Below, piece by piece: positions 4,578 to 6,484 of a stretch of DNA of 6,484 nucleotides (within the stretch, counting starts at the first letter, position 1; each line of letters begins with the position of its first letter). The notes below the pieces were generated by a model. The model worked only from the letters and a program-made list of their open reading frames with translations. It did not search any database and had not been told where the DNA came from. Location of the stretch: the IMG/VR virus record IMGVR_UViG_2734482598_000009; one strand, 5' to 3'. The translations under genes and the position numbers were made by a program. Source of the DNA: a virus (taxonomy: Duplodnaviria; Heunggongvirae; Uroviricota; Caudoviricetes).

Positions 4578-5636
4578 ATGCTTAATACTGTAAAAATATC
4601 CAGTTGTGAGTTAATCAACGCCGACTGCCTGGAATTTATCCGGTCGTTACCCGAAAATTCTGTTGACCTGATAGTCACGGACCCGCCGTACTTTAAAGTG
4701 AAGCCTGAGGGCTGGGATAACCAGTGGAAGGGCGACGATGATTACCTGAAGTGGCTGGACCAGTGTCTGGCGCAGTTCTGGCGGGTGCTGAAACCTGCCG
4801 GAAGTCTTTACCTGTTCTGTGGTCATCGCCTGGCATCTGATATCGAAATCATGATGCGTGAACGCTTCAGTGTGCTGAACCATATTATCTGGGCGAAGCC
4901 GTCCGGACGCTGGAACGGATGCAACAAGGAAAGCCTGCGGGCGTATTTCCCCGCCACAGAGCGCATTCTGTTCGCGGAACATTATCAGGGGCCGTATCGT
5001 CCGAAAGATGCCGGGTATGCGGCGAAGGGCAGTGCACTGAAACAGCATGTGATGGCCCCGCTGATTTCTTACTTTCGTGATGCGCGAGCTGCCCTGGGGA
5101 TAACGGCAAAACAGATTGCAGATGCCACAGGAAAGAAAAACATGGTGTCGCACTGGTTCAGTGCCGGTCAGTGGCAGTTGCCGAATGAAAGCGATTATCT
5201 GAAATTACAGGCGCTGTTTGCCCGGGTGGCAGAAGAGAAGCATCGGCGTGGTGAACTGGAAAAGCTCCACCACCAGCTGGTGGATACGTATACCTCACTG
5301 AACCGGCAGTATGCGGAGCTGCTGAGTGAATATAAACATCTGCGGCGGTATTTTGGCGTGACGGTGCAGGTGCCGTATACCGATGTGTGGACGCATAAAC
5401 CGGTGCAGTTCTATCCCGGGAAACATCCGTGCGAAAAACCGGCAGAAATGCTGCAGCAGATAATCAGCGCTAGCAGTCGTCCGGGTGACCTGATTGCAGA
5501 TTTTTTCATGGGGTTGGGTTCGACAGTGAAAGCGGCACTGGCGCTCGGGCGTCGTGCAATTGGCGTTGAGCTGGAGACTGAACGTTTTGAGCAGACGGTT
5601 CGGGAAGTACAGGATTTAGTCAGCCAGAACGGATGA
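4578..5636 (+). CDS. Orphan DNA methyltransferase, N6-adenine/N4-cytosine family, beta-class motif order
   Basis: 352 aa. Motif IV TDPPY near the N-terminus (DLIVTDPPYF) and motif I FxGxGS near the C-terminus (DFFMGLGST). No restriction endonuclease partner in the window. Weak RBS, and a 5-bp hairpin (4550-4568) lies just upstream of the start. Confidence 0.9.
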   Translation: MLNTVKISSCELINADCLEFIRSLPENSVDLIVTDPPYFKVKPEGWDNQWKGDDDYLKWLDQCLAQFWRVLKPAGSLYLFCGHRLASDIEIMMRERFSVLNHIIWAKPSGRWNGCNKESLRAYFPATERILFAEHYQGPYRPKDAGYAAKGSALKQHVMAPLISYFRDARAALGITAKQIADATGKKNMVSHWFSAGQWQLPNESDYLKLQALFARVAEEKHRRGELEKLHHQLVDTYTSLNRQYAELLSEYKHLRRYFGVTVQVPYTDVWTHKPVQFYPGKHPCEKPAEMLQQIISASSRPGDLIADFFMGLGSTVKAALALGRRAIGVELETERFEQTVREVQDLVSQNG

Positions 5637-5676
5637 TATTGAAGAATTAATTACGCGTCGTTATTATGCGGCTCCC

Positions 5677-5752
5677 GGCCCTTTAGCTCAGTGGTGAGAG
5701 CGAGCGACTCATAATCGCCAGGTCGCTGGTTCAAATCCAGCAAGGGCCACCA
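5677..5752 (+). tRNA. tRNA with CAU anticodon, ileX/ileZ-like (probably tRNA-Ile2 read via lysidine; tRNA-Met not excluded)
   Basis: Folds by hand into a cloverleaf: acceptor GGCCCTT/AAGGGCC, D-stem GCTC/GAGC, anticodon loop CTCATAA, T-arm GCTGG-TTCAAAT-CCAGC, encoded CCA. Close to the recalled E. coli ileX sequence. Confidence 0.85.
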
Positions 5753-5759
5753 TCACATA

Positions 5760-5795
5760 CCGCCATTAGCTCATCAGGAAAGAGCGCCAGCCTTC
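5760..5795 (+). tRNA. 5' part of a second tRNA running into the N-run; anticodon begins TC (consistent with tRNA-Arg UCU)
   Basis: Acceptor strand CCGCCAT, then TA, D-stem GCTC ... GAGC, anticodon stem CCAGC and loop starting CTTC before the Ns. Position 1 is C, which is unusual. Confidence 0.3.
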
Positions 5796-6045
5796 NNNNN
5801 NNNNNNNNNNNNNNNNNNNNNNNNNNNNNNNNNNNNNNNNNNNNNNNNNNNNNNNNNNNNNNNNNNNNNNNNNNNNNNNNNNNNNNNNNNNNNNNNNNNN
5901 NNNNNNNNNNNNNNNNNNNNNNNNNNNNNNNNNNNNNNNNNNNNNNNNNNNNNNNNNNNNNNNNNNNNNNNNNNNNNNNNNNNNNNNNNNNNNNNNNNNN
6001 NNNNNNNNNNNNNNNNNNNNNNNNNNNNNNNNNNNNNNNNNNNNN
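5796..6045. other. 250-nt run of N (masked or unsequenced), probably hiding the rest of the tRNA cluster
   Basis: Literal N characters, flanked by a tRNA 5' fragment and a possible tRNA 3' fragment. Confidence 0.95.
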
Positions 6046-6062
6046 GAATCCCCCTGTGCGGA
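6046..6062 (+). tRNA. Possible 3' end of a third tRNA (T-loop GAAT, T-stem CCCCC, acceptor TGTGCGG, discriminator A)
   Basis: GAATCCCCCTGTGCGGA right after the gap looks like a T-arm plus acceptor 3' strand. The implied 5' strand CCGCACA resembles the CCGCCAT start of the fragment at 5760. No encoded CCA. Confidence 0.2.
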
Positions 6063-6170
6063 GGGGCAATCAGCGAGTAGGTATATGGGATAATCGCGGA
6101 TTCAGGTGCTGGTACTGAATTCACCGGGAGGCACCCGGCATCATGCAATGGCACATAGCGCCACTCTCCA

Positions 6171-6191
6171 GCCCTCTCCGGAGGGGCTTTT
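6171..6191 (+). terminator. Terminator-like hairpin with T-run
   Basis: Stem CCCTC/GAGGG (6172-6176 / 6181-6185) with TCCG loop, then GC and TTTT (6188-6191). The U-tract is short and offset by 2 nt. Confidence 0.35.
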
Positions 6192-6377
6192 CTGTGCCGG
6201 ATACATCACAGTTTCTGGAACCTTAGGTACTACAGTATCAGTCAGGGTGCTATATTTTCAGATGTGATGAAAGCCTGTCAGCAGGCAGGGCGTATCGGAA
6301 ATGACCCAGTAGAGAAAACGTTGACTCAGATACCGGTGCTGAGTTACCGGGAAACCGGCATCACATGACCGCTATCC

Positions 6378-6484
6378 TGAGGTGTACTGGCAATAGCGGA
6401 CACTACCATTTGTTCTTTTTTTAAGCAGCCATCTGATGATATTTTTCCCTGAAGGCTGCCGGGGAGATATTCCCCAGACGAGAG
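6378..6484. repeat. Right copy of the 107-bp perfect terminal inverted repeat (partner 1-107)
   Basis: Exact reverse complement of 1-107. On the minus strand it repeats the first 11 codons of the left-end ORF, then diverges and stops after 21 codons. Confidence 0.9.

Noticed and set aside
4403-4585. Plus-strand 60-aa ORF across the HTH-methyltransferase intergenic region
   Set aside because: No RBS. It spans a terminator and the 12-bp palindrome, so the region reads better as structured non-coding DNA.
4647-5153. Minus-strand 168-aa and 74-aa ORFs inside the methyltransferase
   Set aside because: Antisense to a gene with clear catalytic motifs; Arg/Cys/His-rich composition.
5731-6154. Minus-strand ORFs 5731..6069 and 5774..6154
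   Set aside because: Almost entirely composed of N-run codons, and they overlap the tRNA on the opposite strand.
1-6484. CRISPR arrays, insertion sequences or integrase/att sites
   Set aside because: No regularly spaced direct repeats, no transposase or integrase ORF, and no short terminal IRs with target-site duplications were seen. The only long repeat is the 107-bp terminal inverted pair reported above.

Overview
This window reads as the early-right to late-operon junction of a lambdoid (Qin-like) prophage from an enterobacterium, with all recognisable genes on the + strand. From left to right: a gene whose frame is open from base 1; a translationally coupled trio of small unassigned ORFs (55 aa, 114 aa, 27 aa); a complete hok-family type I toxin locus; a rem-like small ORF with a probable frameshift; a DUF968 (YdfU-like) protein; the Holliday-junction resolvase RusA; a Q-type late antiterminator; a lambda PR'-like late promoter; a small HTH protein; an orphan beta-class DNA methyltransferase; and a tRNA cluster that begins with a tRNA(CAU) and is interrupted by an N-run. 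The window is bounded by a perfect 107-bp terminal inverted repeat, and two N-runs (3307-3447, 5796-6045) hide sequence. Nothing here is an obvious complete new system, but the most interesting candidates are the coupled small-ORF trio upstream of hok, the HTH protein plus 12-bp palindrome upstream of the methyltransferase, and the possible -1 frameshift site in the rem-like gene. All family assignments are from recalled motifs and reading the sequence by eye; no database search was run.
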